The position numbers and the translations under genes were made by a program. Shown here piece by piece: positions 52,243-61,127 of a stretch of DNA of 64,000 bases. Positions within the stretch are counted from its first letter, which is position 1, and every line of letters begins with the position of its first letter. The notes under the pieces were generated by a model. The model saw only the letters and a program-made list of their open reading frames with translations. It searched no databases and was not told the origin of the DNA. The DNA lies in assembly GCA_964607485.1 (NCBI GenBank), contig CAZSKP010000005.1, forward strand, positions 32,001 through 96,000, written 5' to 3'. Source of the DNA: an uncultured bacterium. Lineage in GTDB: Bacteria; Abyssobacteria; SURF-5.

Positions 52243-53025
52243 TTACTCCATCTCGCGGGTGTTGACCCATATCAGCGCGCCGATTTCGACGGGCACCTCG
52301 TCGCCGTCGGGATTCTTGAGCTTTTCGTCGGCCTCGCTCAGCGCGGCGAACCCCCACCAGCCCGCCTTCGGCATCGCGTAACTGAACACGCCGTTGGCAT
52401 CGGCCTTGACCACCTGGGTGATGAACGGGTCGGCGGGCGGCTTGACCTTTCCGTCCTCATTGAAGTATTCCACCTCGACCTCGGCGTAGGGAACCGGCTT
52501 GCCGTCCTTCTTCACGATTCCGCGGAACACGTTGCCGGCCCACAGCCCGTACGGGCGCGTGAGCGGCACGATCTCCGTCTTCAGCCCGAGTTCCTCATCC
52601 CAGCCCTGCTCGAGGCCCATCGCGTTCACCACGACCTTCGTGTAATGAACAATCATGAGGCCTTCGGCTGGCTCCCAGTAGGGGGCGGGCTCGACATAGA
52701 ACACGTGGTCGCCCGGCCGCTTGATTTCATACGTTGTCTTGAAGGCGGAGTGGCCCTTGTAGGTCATCGGCTCGAGGGCACCGAGCAGGTCGTGCTTCTT
52801 GCCTCCAATGAACACCCCGAACTCGGTCGGCTTCGCCATATCCATGGAATGGCCTTCCATAGGGTGTATGAACATCAGCCGCAGGGACAGCTCTCTGCTG
52901 TCCCTCGGCGAGACGATGTCCGTTGAGGGCACTATCATCTGGAAGTGTGCAAGGGCCGGCGACGCGGCTGCAAGGGTGAGAATCAAGGCAATGAGTAAAC
53001 GAGACAATGTTCCAGTGGTTTTCAT
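52243..53025 (-). CDS. Periplasmic DUF4198 (NikK-like) protein
   Basis: Signal peptide then [35 protein letters not shown]. Confidence 0.85.
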   Translation of the reverse strand: MKTTGTLSRLLIALILTLAAASPALAHFQMIVPSTDIVSPRDSRELSLRLMFIHPMEGHSMDMAKPTEFGVFIGGKKHDLLGALEPMTYKGHSAFKTTYEIKRPGDHVFYVEPAPYWEPAEGLMIVHYTKVVVNAMGLEQGWDEELGLKTEIVPLTRPYGLWAGNVFRGIVKKDGKPVPYAEVEVEYFNEDGKVKPPADPFITQVVKADANGVFSYAMPKAGWWGFAALSEADEKLKNPDGDEVPVEIGALIWVNTREME

Positions 53026-53056
53026 AACGGCATTCTCCTTGTCGTTGTAAATTCTA

Positions 53057-54364
53057 TCAAAAATCAACCTGCGCGCGTGTGCCGAGAACGGTCACGGTGT
53101 CGTTGTCGGCATCGCCCCCCGGATTGTCGATGACCTGAATATCGGGAGAGAGGCGGAACTGGTCGCTGAACATGATGCTGTAGTATGCTTCAAAAAGCGT
53201 CTCGGTGTCATCGGGCTCGACTCTGTCGCTTATGAGCGCCTGCGAGACCGCGAAGCCAAGCACGTCGTTCTCGCGGTTCCACTTCCTCCCGCGTATCTCA
53301 GCGCCCGCGCTCCATGTTCCCTCGACCTCGTACACGTCCTTATCCGCATATCCCGCCCGGAGGAACGCGGTGAGGCAATCGGTGAGCTGCTGGTCAAAGC
53401 TCAGGCCGACACCCCAGCCGTTCTTGTGAGAGTCGCCGTCGCCCAGCTTCTCCTTGTCGGAACCGTTGACCCAGGCGTAGAACCGGTAGTTGCCTTCCCT
53501 TTCGCTCAAATTCGGCTTGAAATCCACCTCCATGATGCCGAAGCCGTCATTCGCAATGTCTTCCCAGTCGGCATCGCTTTCGGCCCAGCCGAGACTGAAC
53601 TGAATCAGGTCGGATGGATAAACGGCAAGCAGTGCGCCTGCCCCGTTTTCCTCGGGAAACTCGACTGCGATAGAGTTGACGAGCCCGGAGTTGAGGAACT
53701 GAAATCTCTCGTCGTTGGCCACTGTGTTCGTGTCGAAATAGTTGGTCATGTCGAGTTTGCCGGCGGCGAGCGCGACGCGGTCATCACAGAAGGAATGCTG
53801 ATACCATGCCTCTGTCACTTCCAGGCCACTCTCGCTGTCGCCGGCGTCGTCGTTCACGTTGTGAAAGAGACCCTCAAGCTCATCGGTCAGTCCGTCGCCC
53901 TGAGCGGCCTCGATGAGCATAAAGGCCAAGCCGCGCTCTCCGACGGGCGACTCGAGCTCAAGGTCCATCGACCACGAGCCATCCGTCCGGTCCCGATTCT
54001 CACCGCTGATGTCCTCGCCGTCGATGCTGCCCTGTACGACGCCGGTGAGGCCGACGGCGATCCGCAGGTTCCCCAATTGCTCGCCCACCCCGCTGCGGTC
54101 GTGCAGGATATGTTTATCAAGGTGCGGCTCAAACATCCGTGCCATTTCTTCGGGCGAGGGAAGCTGCGCCTGCAAATCTCTTATGAGCTGTTCCTGATGC
54201 CTGATTGTTTGACCTTGTTGCTGAACCACCTCCTGAAGTTGGGTGACCATCTGTTTGAGTTCTTCGAGTTGCTGTTCCACCGTGTCCGCATGGCTTCTGG
54301 ATGCCGGAAGCATCGCCGCCATCGCGACGGCAGCCAGCGCGAGCCCGCGCGTGAGTCCTTTCAT
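53057..54364 (-). CDS. Outer-membrane porin (OprB-like) with N-terminal coiled coil
   Basis: Signal peptide, coiled coil, EAWY, GKLD...FD.N..ANDE..QF, EAYY, SPDIQ, terminal Phe. Confidence 0.82.
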   Translation of the reverse strand: MKGLTRGLALAAVAMAAMLPASRSHADTVEQQLEELKQMVTQLQEVVQQQGQTIRHQEQLIRDLQAQLPSPEEMARMFEPHLDKHILHDRSGVGEQLGNLRIAVGLTGVVQGSIDGEDISGENRDRTDGSWSMDLELESPVGERGLAFMLIEAAQGDGLTDELEGLFHNVNDDAGDSESGLEVTEAWYQHSFCDDRVALAAGKLDMTNYFDTNTVANDERFQFLNSGLVNSIAVEFPEENGAGALLAVYPSDLIQFSLGWAESDADWEDIANDGFGIMEVDFKPNLSEREGNYRFYAWVNGSDKEKLGDGDSHKNGWGVGLSFDQQLTDCLTAFLRAGYADKDVYEVEGTWSAGAEIRGRKWNRENDVLGFAVSQALISDRVEPDDTETLFEAYYSIMFSDQFRLSPDIQVIDNPGGDADNDTVTVLGTRAQVDF

Positions 54365-54490
54365 GTTTGCCGTCCTTTCCCTTTCGGACTCCGGGGGCAA
54401 TCTCCGATATTGCGCCGAGTAACGCCCATAAGAGCGCATCCGGAGACTCATCGCCTCTGCGACAAGGTACAATTCTCCTTCCGTTTCCCC

Positions 54491-54594
54491 AAAAAAAATC
54501 ACGAAGGGGCGGCGTCCGCTTCGTGCCGACGCGCCGACCTTCGTGGTCAGCTTTGGGAAATACTACTGTATTCGGCCGGGCCTTCGTGGCCCGG
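54491..54594 (-). promoter_or_regulatory. Candidate transcription attenuator: three ACGAA-loop hairpins plus a competing U8 terminator
   Basis: CCGGGCC-ACGAA-GGCCCGG; GCUGACC-ACGAA-GGUCGGC; GCGUCgGC-ACGAA-GCgGACGC; then CCUUCGUG-A-U8. Confidence 0.8.
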
Positions 54595-54608
54595 GTTGTC
54601 GAGCGTTC

Positions 54609-54797
54609 TCAGCTCTTCTCGAGGAGTATCTTGTGGTCAATCAGGCGAATCTCTTTTATGCGCGCGCTGACGGTCTTCTGTTCGCCGAAAGCGCTTCGCA
54701 GATACACTCCGTCGCCTTCAGGACGCAAGATATCCACGCTCTCGAGCAGCATCTGCTCCTTGCCGTTTTCCAGGATGTAGGCGTTTGCTTCACACAT
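54609..54797 (-). CDS. cooT: CooT-family nickel-binding protein
   Basis: 62 aa, MCEANAY N-terminus (Cys2), FGE, late His in LIDHKILL. Confidence 0.85.
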   Translation of the reverse strand: MCEANAYILENGKEQMLLESVDILRPEGDGVYLRSAFGEQKTVSARIKEIRLIDHKILLEKS

Positions 54798-55215
54798 TTT
54801 CAGGGTTCCTTGCTATTGCGGCCACTCGCTGGACGAGCTCCTCTATGAGGTGAGGAATCGGCTCGTCCTTCAAGCCGACAACCTCGATGCCGGCCGACTT
54901 GAGCGGCATCACAATCTTATGGGCCCGGCTCTGAACGATTGCTTCAACCATGCCGGGGGTTATCTCGCCGAGCATCGAATGCGGCTGAAGAATCGCAAGC
55001 CCGCCCGTGATGATGTCCAGCCGGGGCGATGTTTGGCTGATGGCGTTCTCGCCCGAGGCGCCCTTGTTCGCGCCCGCCTTCATCATGTTGGCCGTGGCGA
55101 TGGCGTTCGTCCCGAGCGCCACTATCTCCGTCTCCTCGGGCAGGGCCTTGCGCAGCCGCTCGACCACATGCGCTCCGATTCCGCCGCCCTGTCCGTCCAC
55201 CACGCCAACTATCAC
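54790..55215 (-). CDS. DUF3842 family protein
   Basis: VVDGQGGGIG, ALGTNAIAT..M.KAGA..GASGENA, SMLGEITP. Overlaps cooT by 8 nt. Confidence 0.85.
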   Translation of the reverse strand: MIVGVVDGQGGGIGAHVVERLRKALPEETEIVALGTNAIATANMMKAGANKGASGENAISQTSPRLDIITGGLAILQPHSMLGEITPGMVEAIVQSRAHKIVMPLKSAGIEVVGLKDEPIPHLIEELVQRVAAIARNPENV

Positions 55216-55248
55216 GGTCGCACCCGATTCGAATTGTCTTACGGAACA

Positions 55249-55277
55249 AGGATAACAGAATGGCGCGTGTTAGTCAA
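55249..55277 (-). promoter_or_regulatory. sigma70-type promoter of the DUF3842-cooT-transporter operon
   Basis: Minus strand TTGACT-17-TATCCT with TG extended -10. Confidence 0.6.
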
Positions 55278-55554
55278 GAAGGCGATCGGGAGAATGAAAG
55301 TCGCGGGAATCGTGATAAGTTATGCTCGACCATATGGCCGTGCCGAGTCGTTCCAATCTGAACGTGAAACCGTTCTGGAGATTTCGGCGGGGCGCATCAA
55401 GACCTCGGAGGATGGCACCCATGCTATAATGAAGTCAGGCCTGCTCAGGGGGGAAGTATGCTCCGGGTTGAAATGGACAGGCCATACCAACGAAACGGGG
55501 CGATACTCGGATTTCTTCCAGTCCGCCGCAATACAGTTTTCTGGAAGCCGTCAC

Positions 55555-57354
55555 ATGAGGAAGCGATTTTTCAAAGCGAACTCGCTGATTGCAGTTTGTT
55601 GGGTACTCTTTGCAATCAGCAGTTTCTATCTTGCCTGGTCACTATGCAACCTTCAGGTAGATTGGGACAGGGGGCCCGACTCACTTCCGGCTTTCTATCG
55701 GCTGCAGTATAGCTTGATTGGAGTGTTGGCCTTTTTCTTCCTCTGGCATCTGATTGCTCTGATTTCGGCCATCCTTACGGGTCAAGAATTGAGAACTATT
55801 CTGACGAAATACTCTTTGTCGTGTGTGTCCTTTCTGGCCGTGGTTATCACAAACAATCAGGCACAGGGATATTTGGAGGGAGAATTCGCCCGGCTTTCGA
55901 CGACCGATTTCCTCTTGCCAGGAACGATTCCGGAAGCAGCGCGCACAGATATGCTGTTTCTTGGGATGGTCGTCGTCCCATCGCTCTTATTGTTTCTGGC
56001 AATTCTCCTGGGGGTTCTGAGGAAGTCGAAGTTGAGGGCCGTTCACGGACTGTTTCGACTCAAGCCGATGTTGAATCTCATGCTGCTCATTCTCACGGCG
56101 GTCGGATGGAATCATTGGCGGTATGCGGTATTTGAGCGAGGCGAGGGGGAGCCGAATATCTTGTTTATCGTTTGTGATGCGATGCGCGCAGACCATCTGG
56201 GCTGCTATGGATATTCGAGAAACACGACCCCCTGCCTGGACCAATTAGCCAGAGAGGGAGTTGTATTCTCAAACTTCACTGCTGCTTCCAGCTGGAGCCT
56301 GCCGTCCTATACGGCGATGTATACATCACGATATTTTTCATACTACGACGATTCCATTGCGAGACCTCGGTGCGCGGGAAGGGCGTTGACCATGACTCAG
56401 ATTCTGACCAATCAGCACTACTACACGAAGGCCCTCCTTTCAAATGTCTTTGCTGCAAAATCTTATGGTAGCCCGAAGGTGGACCTGGATATTCATATGA
56501 GCATCGATTCTTCCGGAACATTCAGCCGGACTTTCACCGACCGCGCGCTGGAGCTAATCGAGACAATCAAGGACAAAAGGTTCTTTATTTACTTGCAATA
56601 TATGGACCCGCACGAGCCGTACACGCCGCCAGCACCTTTTGATCAGCTCTTCGTGGACCCGGCAAATAGACTGCTGACCGAGGAAGACAGGAGAAGGAGA
56701 AGCTTCGCCTTATATGACGAAGAAATCGCCTATGTCGATTCTCAAATATCGCGACTCCTTCAACAACTCAAGACTCTAGGCATCTACAATGACACGTTCG
56801 TAGTCGTGACTGCCGACCACGGGCAAGGGTATAGGTTTCACGGATATTCTCTCGATGAGGAACTGCTAAGGGTTCCCTTGATCATTCGCGGACCAGGAAT
56901 CCCCGAGAACAAGAGGGTTGATTCCGTGGCGAGCCATGTTGATCTGTTACCCACATTCATGGAATGGACGATGGGCGAACCGGATGCTCGTTGTCAGGGC
57001 AAGAGTTTAGTACCAATCATACACGGGACAGATGCTGAAGATCACATTGTCTTCGCCGAACTGGATCTTCCTTTCCTTCCTCTACAACCCGGGTTACCAC
57101 CTGAGCATCATCTCGTCAGCGTAAGGAAGGGGTGTTGGAAACTTGTCACCGGAGACCCGAGAGGAGAGCTGCTGTTCGACCTGGAAAAGGACCCGGCGGA
57201 AAAAACCAATCTTGCGGAAGCGAAACGGCAAATTGTGGCCGACTTGAGCGCCAAAATCGATGAGTTCGAGAATGGCATGCCAGAGAAGCAGGCCCTGTTC
57301 TCATACTCTCAGAAGGAATTGGAGGCTTTGAAGGACCTGGGATATATTCAATGA
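55555..57354 (+). CDS. Membrane-anchored sulfatase-like (alkaline phosphatase superfamily) protein
   Basis: About 5 N-terminal TM segments, PNILFIVCDAMRADHLGCYG, WSLPSY, MDPHEPY, ADHG, LFDLEKDP.E. Confidence 0.85.
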   Translation: MRKRFFKANSLIAVCWVLFAISSFYLAWSLCNLQVDWDRGPDSLPAFYRLQYSLIGVLAFFFLWHLIALISAILTGQELRTILTKYSLSCVSFLAVVITNNQAQGYLEGEFARLSTTDFLLPGTIPEAARTDMLFLGMVVVPSLLLFLAILLGVLRKSKLRAVHGLFRLKPMLNLMLLILTAVGWNHWRYAVFERGEGEPNILFIVCDAMRADHLGCYGYSRNTTPCLDQLAREGVVFSNFTAASSWSLPSYTAMYTSRYFSYYDDSIARPRCAGRALTMTQILTNQHYYTKALLSNVFAAKSYGSPKVDLDIHMSIDSSGTFSRTFTDRALELIETIKDKRFFIYLQYMDPHEPYTPPAPFDQLFVDPANRLLTEEDRRRRSFALYDEEIAYVDSQISRLLQQLKTLGIYNDTFVVVTADHGQGYRFHGYSLDEELLRVPLIIRGPGIPENKRVDSVASHVDLLPTFMEWTMGEPDARCQGKSLVPIIHGTDAEDHIVFAELDLPFLPLQPGLPPEHHLVSVRKGCWKLVTGDPRGELLFDLEKDPAEKTNLAEAKRQIVADLSAKIDEFENGMPEKQALFSYSQKELEALKDLGYIQ

Positions 57355-57402
57355 AACAACCCCGGAGGGGCAACCTCGAGGCAACTTGGAATTGAGACCG
57401 GT

Positions 57403-58368
57403 TCAATGCCGAAAATAGACCCGGTCGAGTTTCTCTTTTTCGCGGGCCTCTTCGTGAAGGCGGGCGGTCTCCGTCGCGCCCGATGCCTGGGCCGCGATGC
57501 CCGCCAGCAGGTTTGCGTCGCCGGAGGTGAACGGGGTGGGGTTGCCCTTGTGGTCAATCTTGTCGCAGAGCACGATGGTTCCGATCGCCTGCCCCTGCAC
57601 GCGCAGCGCTGCGCCGAGCATCGAGGGGGTCTCGTAGCCGACGGGCTCGATTGATTCAAAGCGGACGTCCTGCTCGAAGTTTTCGATCGCGACGGAGCCC
57701 TCGGCCCCAATTATCTCTTCAGCGATTCCGCCCTCGAGCGGCTCGGTCCAGCCCGAAGGGTCGGCGTCGTATCCGAACGCGGCCCGGCACTCCAGCGCGC
57801 CGGTTGCCGTATTCAGAAGGAACACCGCGCCCCGCGTGCACGATGTCGCGTCGGACAGAACGGCCAGGAGATTGGAGAGTATCTCACCCGGCTCGGCACG
57901 TTCGCCGATGATGCGGCCCGCTTCGTACAGGGCGACGAGTTCGCGGTTCGTCTGACGGATGCGGGGTGCGACGGTGCGCATGATCTCGAGCATCAGCTTC
58001 GACGCGGCGGCGGCGTCGCTCGACAGGAACTTCATGAACGCCTCCTTGCTGATTTCGAGCGCGCGCACTTTGCCCACCGACGAAGCCGTCGCGGAGCGGA
58101 AATATTCGTCGAAAAGCGCCATCTCTCCGAAAAACCCGCCTGGGCCGAGCGTCGCTATCGATTTCTGCTCGCCCGAGTGGGTTGCCTTGGATATCCTCAC
58201 CCTGCCCGACAGGATTATGAACAGCGAATCCTGCTCACTTCTTTCAGCGAAGATGGTGGAACCCGGCCCATATTCCTTCTGTTCCGCCACCGCCGCCAGC
58301 TCTTTGAGACCGGAATCGCTCAAATGCTTGAGTATGGAGACGTTCTTGAGTTCGCTTGTATCGAGCAT
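57403..58368 (-). CDS. cNMP-binding + GAF domain protein
   Basis: LFIILSGRV, FFGEMAL...RSATA, then GAF (FT..D.NLL..IA.QA). No output domain. Confidence 0.85.
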   Translation of the reverse strand: MLDTSELKNVSILKHLSDSGLKELAAVAEQKEYGPGSTIFAERSEQDSLFIILSGRVRISKATHSGEQKSIATLGPGGFFGEMALFDEYFRSATASSVGKVRALEISKEAFMKFLSSDAAAASKLMLEIMRTVAPRIRQTNRELVALYEAGRIIGERAEPGEILSNLLAVLSDATSCTRGAVFLLNTATGALECRAAFGYDADPSGWTEPLEGGIAEEIIGAEGSVAIENFEQDVRFESIEPVGYETPSMLGAALRVQGQAIGTIVLCDKIDHKGNPTPFTSGDANLLAGIAAQASGATETARLHEEAREKEKLDRVYFRH

Positions 58369-58381
58369 CGATGACCTCTTC

Positions 58382-59575
58382 TCACTTCCACCATGAGCCC
58401 TTGGAATCTTTTCCGTGCGGCGCGGGCCGGGGCTGTGGCCGCTGCTGTGGCCGCTGTTGTGCCCCGGGAGCGGGCGCGGGCGCGGATTTGGGCTTTTGCG
58501 GCGCAGGAGCTGCCGACGAAACACGTTCGATAATGGTCAAGAATGTCTTGACATCGTTGACGGCGCTTATGGCAGCCTCGTAGGTGATTACGTCGCGCGA
58601 GAGCAGTCGGGCGACATCCATCTCGAGCGTGACCATTCCTTCCGATGCCCCGGTCTGGATTTGCCCGTATATCTGATGCGACTTTCCCTCGCGTATCATC
58701 GAGGAAATTCCCTGAGTGACGATCATGATCTCGCGCGCCGCCACACGGCCTCCGGACTTGCGTGGCAGGAGCGTCTGGGAGATGACCGCCCGCAGCCCGC
58801 CCGCAAGCTGCATCTTTATCTGCTGCTGCTGGTATGAGGGAAACACGTCTACGATGCGGTCAATCGTCTGCGCGGCCCCCATCGTGTGCAGCGTGCCGAA
58901 CACGAGGTGGCCCGTCTCTGCGATGGTTATCGCTGAGGCGATCGTCTCCAAGTCTCGCATCTCGCCCACGAGCACGACGTCGGGGTCTTGCCTGAGCACG
59001 TGCTTGAGCGCCTCGGCAAACGAGAGCGTGTGCGCGTTGAGCTCGCGCTGATTGATGAGCGACTTGTTGTGCTCGTACACGAATTCGATGGGGTCCTCGA
59101 TCGTCATGATGTGGTCCTTGCGCGTCTTGTTTATCGCGTCGATCATGGCGGCGAGCGTGGTCGATTTGCCGCTGCCCGTAGGACCGGTCACCAGGACGAG
59201 CCCGTTTTTCGCCTCCGTGAGCCTTTCCACGACCGGCGGAAGCTCGAGCTCGCGCAGGGTGGGAATCTTGTTCGGGATGGTGCGTATCGCCGCGCCCATT
59301 CCGCCATTCCGGAAGAACACGTTCACGCGGAAGCGCGAGACGTCGGGGATGGAGTACGAGCAGTCCAGCTCCAGCTTCTCGTCGAGTTCCTTGCGCTGTT
59401 CCTCCGTGATTATCTGCGATATGAGCGCCTCCGTGTCGGCGGCCGTGAGCGACTGGTAATCTTTTTGCGACTCAAGCTCGCCGTGAATGCGAAGTGTGGG
59501 CGGGCGTCCTATCGTGAGATGGAGGTCGGAGGCTTTGCGCGCGACTGTCTGACGAAGAATTTCAATCATGTCCAT
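58382..59575 (-). CDS. pilT: PilT/PilU family type IV pilus retraction ATPase
   Basis: ASDLH, GPTGSGKSTT, TIEDPIE, LRQDPD..LVGEMRD, ETGHLVFGTLHT. Confidence 0.93.
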   Translation of the reverse strand: MDMIEILRQTVARKASDLHLTIGRPPTLRIHGELESQKDYQSLTAADTEALISQIITEEQRKELDEKLELDCSYSIPDVSRFRVNVFFRNGGMGAAIRTIPNKIPTLRELELPPVVERLTEAKNGLVLVTGPTGSGKSTTLAAMIDAINKTRKDHIMTIEDPIEFVYEHNKSLINQRELNAHTLSFAEALKHVLRQDPDVVLVGEMRDLETIASAITIAETGHLVFGTLHTMGAAQTIDRIVDVFPSYQQQQIKMQLAGGLRAVISQTLLPRKSGGRVAAREIMIVTQGISSMIREGKSHQIYGQIQTGASEGMVTLEMDVARLLSRDVITYEAAISAVNDVKTFLTIIERVSSAAPAPQKPKSAPAPAPGAQQRPQQRPQPRPAPHGKDSKGSWWK

Positions 59576-59755
59576 GGCGGGTCCCCTCTTCGGACGGACA
59601 GCATAAAATAAGAGTGCAGATGTATGGTTCGGGATTAGTCTAGCACGGCCCTATTACGCTGTCAAATCACGGGCCATCCCGACGAAATTGCCGCCCTGCG
59701 CCCGTGAATGCTATAATTTTGTGGAAGGATTCATGCCGAAGGACGGTGAACCGGA

Positions 59756-61114
59756 TTGGAGCTTTTTGAAGAAGAGCAGAGGCGCCTGAAGGAAAAGAAC
59801 GCGCCGCTCGCGTGGAGGATGGCGCCGCAGACGCTCGATGAACTGGTCGGCCAGGAGCAGCTCATCGGAGAGGGCAAGCTGCTGAGGCGCGAGATCGAGT
59901 CGGACCGGCTCGCCACCGCAATCTTCTATGGCCCGCCCGGCACGGGCAAGACGGCGCTCGCGCGCATTATCGCTAAGACCTCGAAGGCGTCGTTCCAGCG
60001 GCTGAACGCCGTCACCTCGGGCGTCGCCGACCTGAGACAACTCATCGACGGCGCTCGCCAGCGGATGGTCGCGTCCGGCCGCAAGACCATCGTGTTCGTC
60101 GATGAGATACACCGGTTCAACCGCGCGCAGCAGGATGCGCTCCTGCCCGACGTCGAAGAAGGCACGATAACGTTCATCGGCGCGACCACGCAGAACCCGT
60201 TCTTCGCCGTCACGGCGCCGCTCGTCTCGCGCTCGCAGATTTTCCAGTTTCAGCCGCTCCGGCCCGACGACATCGCCGCGCTGCTCGACCGCGCGCTCGC
60301 CGACGAAGAGCACGGACTGGGCAAAATGAAAATCCGCCTCGACGCCGAGGCACGCAGCCATTGGGCGAACACGTCTGACGGCGACGCCCGCCGCGCGCTG
60401 AACGCGCTCGAGGTGGCCGCGATGACGACCCCGCCTGACGCGGACGGCGTCGTGCGCATCACGCTCGAGATTGCGCAGGAATCCATCCAGCGCAAGGCCA
60501 TCGTGTACGACGGAACCGGCGACGACCATTACGACACCATTTCGGCGTTCATCAAGAGCATGCGCGGCTCCGACCCCGACGCCGCCATCTATTGGCTCGC
60601 TAAGATGCTCGAAGCGGGCGAAGACCCCCGCTTCATCGCGCGCAGGATCGTCATCTGCGCGTCCGAGGACGTGGGCAACGCCGATCCGCGGGCGCTTGCG
60701 GTGGCCGTCGCGGCGATGCAGGCGAGCGAGTTCGTCGGCATGCCCGAGGCGCAGATACCGCTTGCGCAGGCGACTATCTACGTCGCGTGCGCCCCCAAGA
60801 GCAACGCGAGCTACATGGCGATTTCAGACGCGCGCAAGGACGTGCGCGAGCAGCCGACGTTTCCCGTGCCCAAACACCTGCGCGACGCGAACTATCCCGG
60901 CGCCAAGCGGTTCGGTCACGGCGAGGGCTACAAATACGCGCACGATTTTCCCGGCCACCACGTCGAGCAGCTCTACGGCCCGCCCGACAAAAACCTCTAC
61001 ACCCCCACCACTCACGGCTACGAGGCCGAGATCAAGAAACGGCTGGAGGAGTTGAGGAAGACTAAAGACACTGAACAGAGGCATGAAGCGAAGAAGCCGA
61101 AGGGAAAGGCGTGA
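59756..61114 (+). CDS. rarA: Replication-associated recombination protein A
   Basis: APLA.RM.P, GPPGTGKT, DEIHRFN.AQQD, HYDTISAFIKSMRGSDPD, SEDVGNADP. Confidence 0.96.
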   Translation: MELFEEEQRRLKEKNAPLAWRMAPQTLDELVGQEQLIGEGKLLRREIESDRLATAIFYGPPGTGKTALARIIAKTSKASFQRLNAVTSGVADLRQLIDGARQRMVASGRKTIVFVDEIHRFNRAQQDALLPDVEEGTITFIGATTQNPFFAVTAPLVSRSQIFQFQPLRPDDIAALLDRALADEEHGLGKMKIRLDAEARSHWANTSDGDARRALNALEVAAMTTPPDADGVVRITLEIAQESIQRKAIVYDGTGDDHYDTISAFIKSMRGSDPDAAIYWLAKMLEAGEDPRFIARRIVICASEDVGNADPRALAVAVAAMQASEFVGMPEAQIPLAQATIYVACAPKSNASYMAISDARKDVREQPTFPVPKHLRDANYPGAKRFGHGEGYKYAHDFPGHHVEQLYGPPDKNLYTPTTHGYEAEIKKRLEELRKTKDTEQRHEAKKPKGKA

Positions 61115-61127
61115 GTACTTACCTACA

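Noticed and set aside
54500-54594. Mini CRISPR array from the repeated CACGAAG motif
   Set aside because: The repeat is only 7-9 nt, spacing is irregular and there are no cas genes.
54365-54608. Cobalamin or NiCo riboswitch, or NikR operator, upstream of the transporter
   Set aside because: I could not find a B12-box in context, a four-way junction or a complete dyad. Only a GCGTTAC half-site is present.
54850-55554. N-terminal extension of the 834-aa sulfatase ORF
   Set aside because: It overlaps DUF3842 and its promoter on the other strand. The plausible protein starts at 55555.
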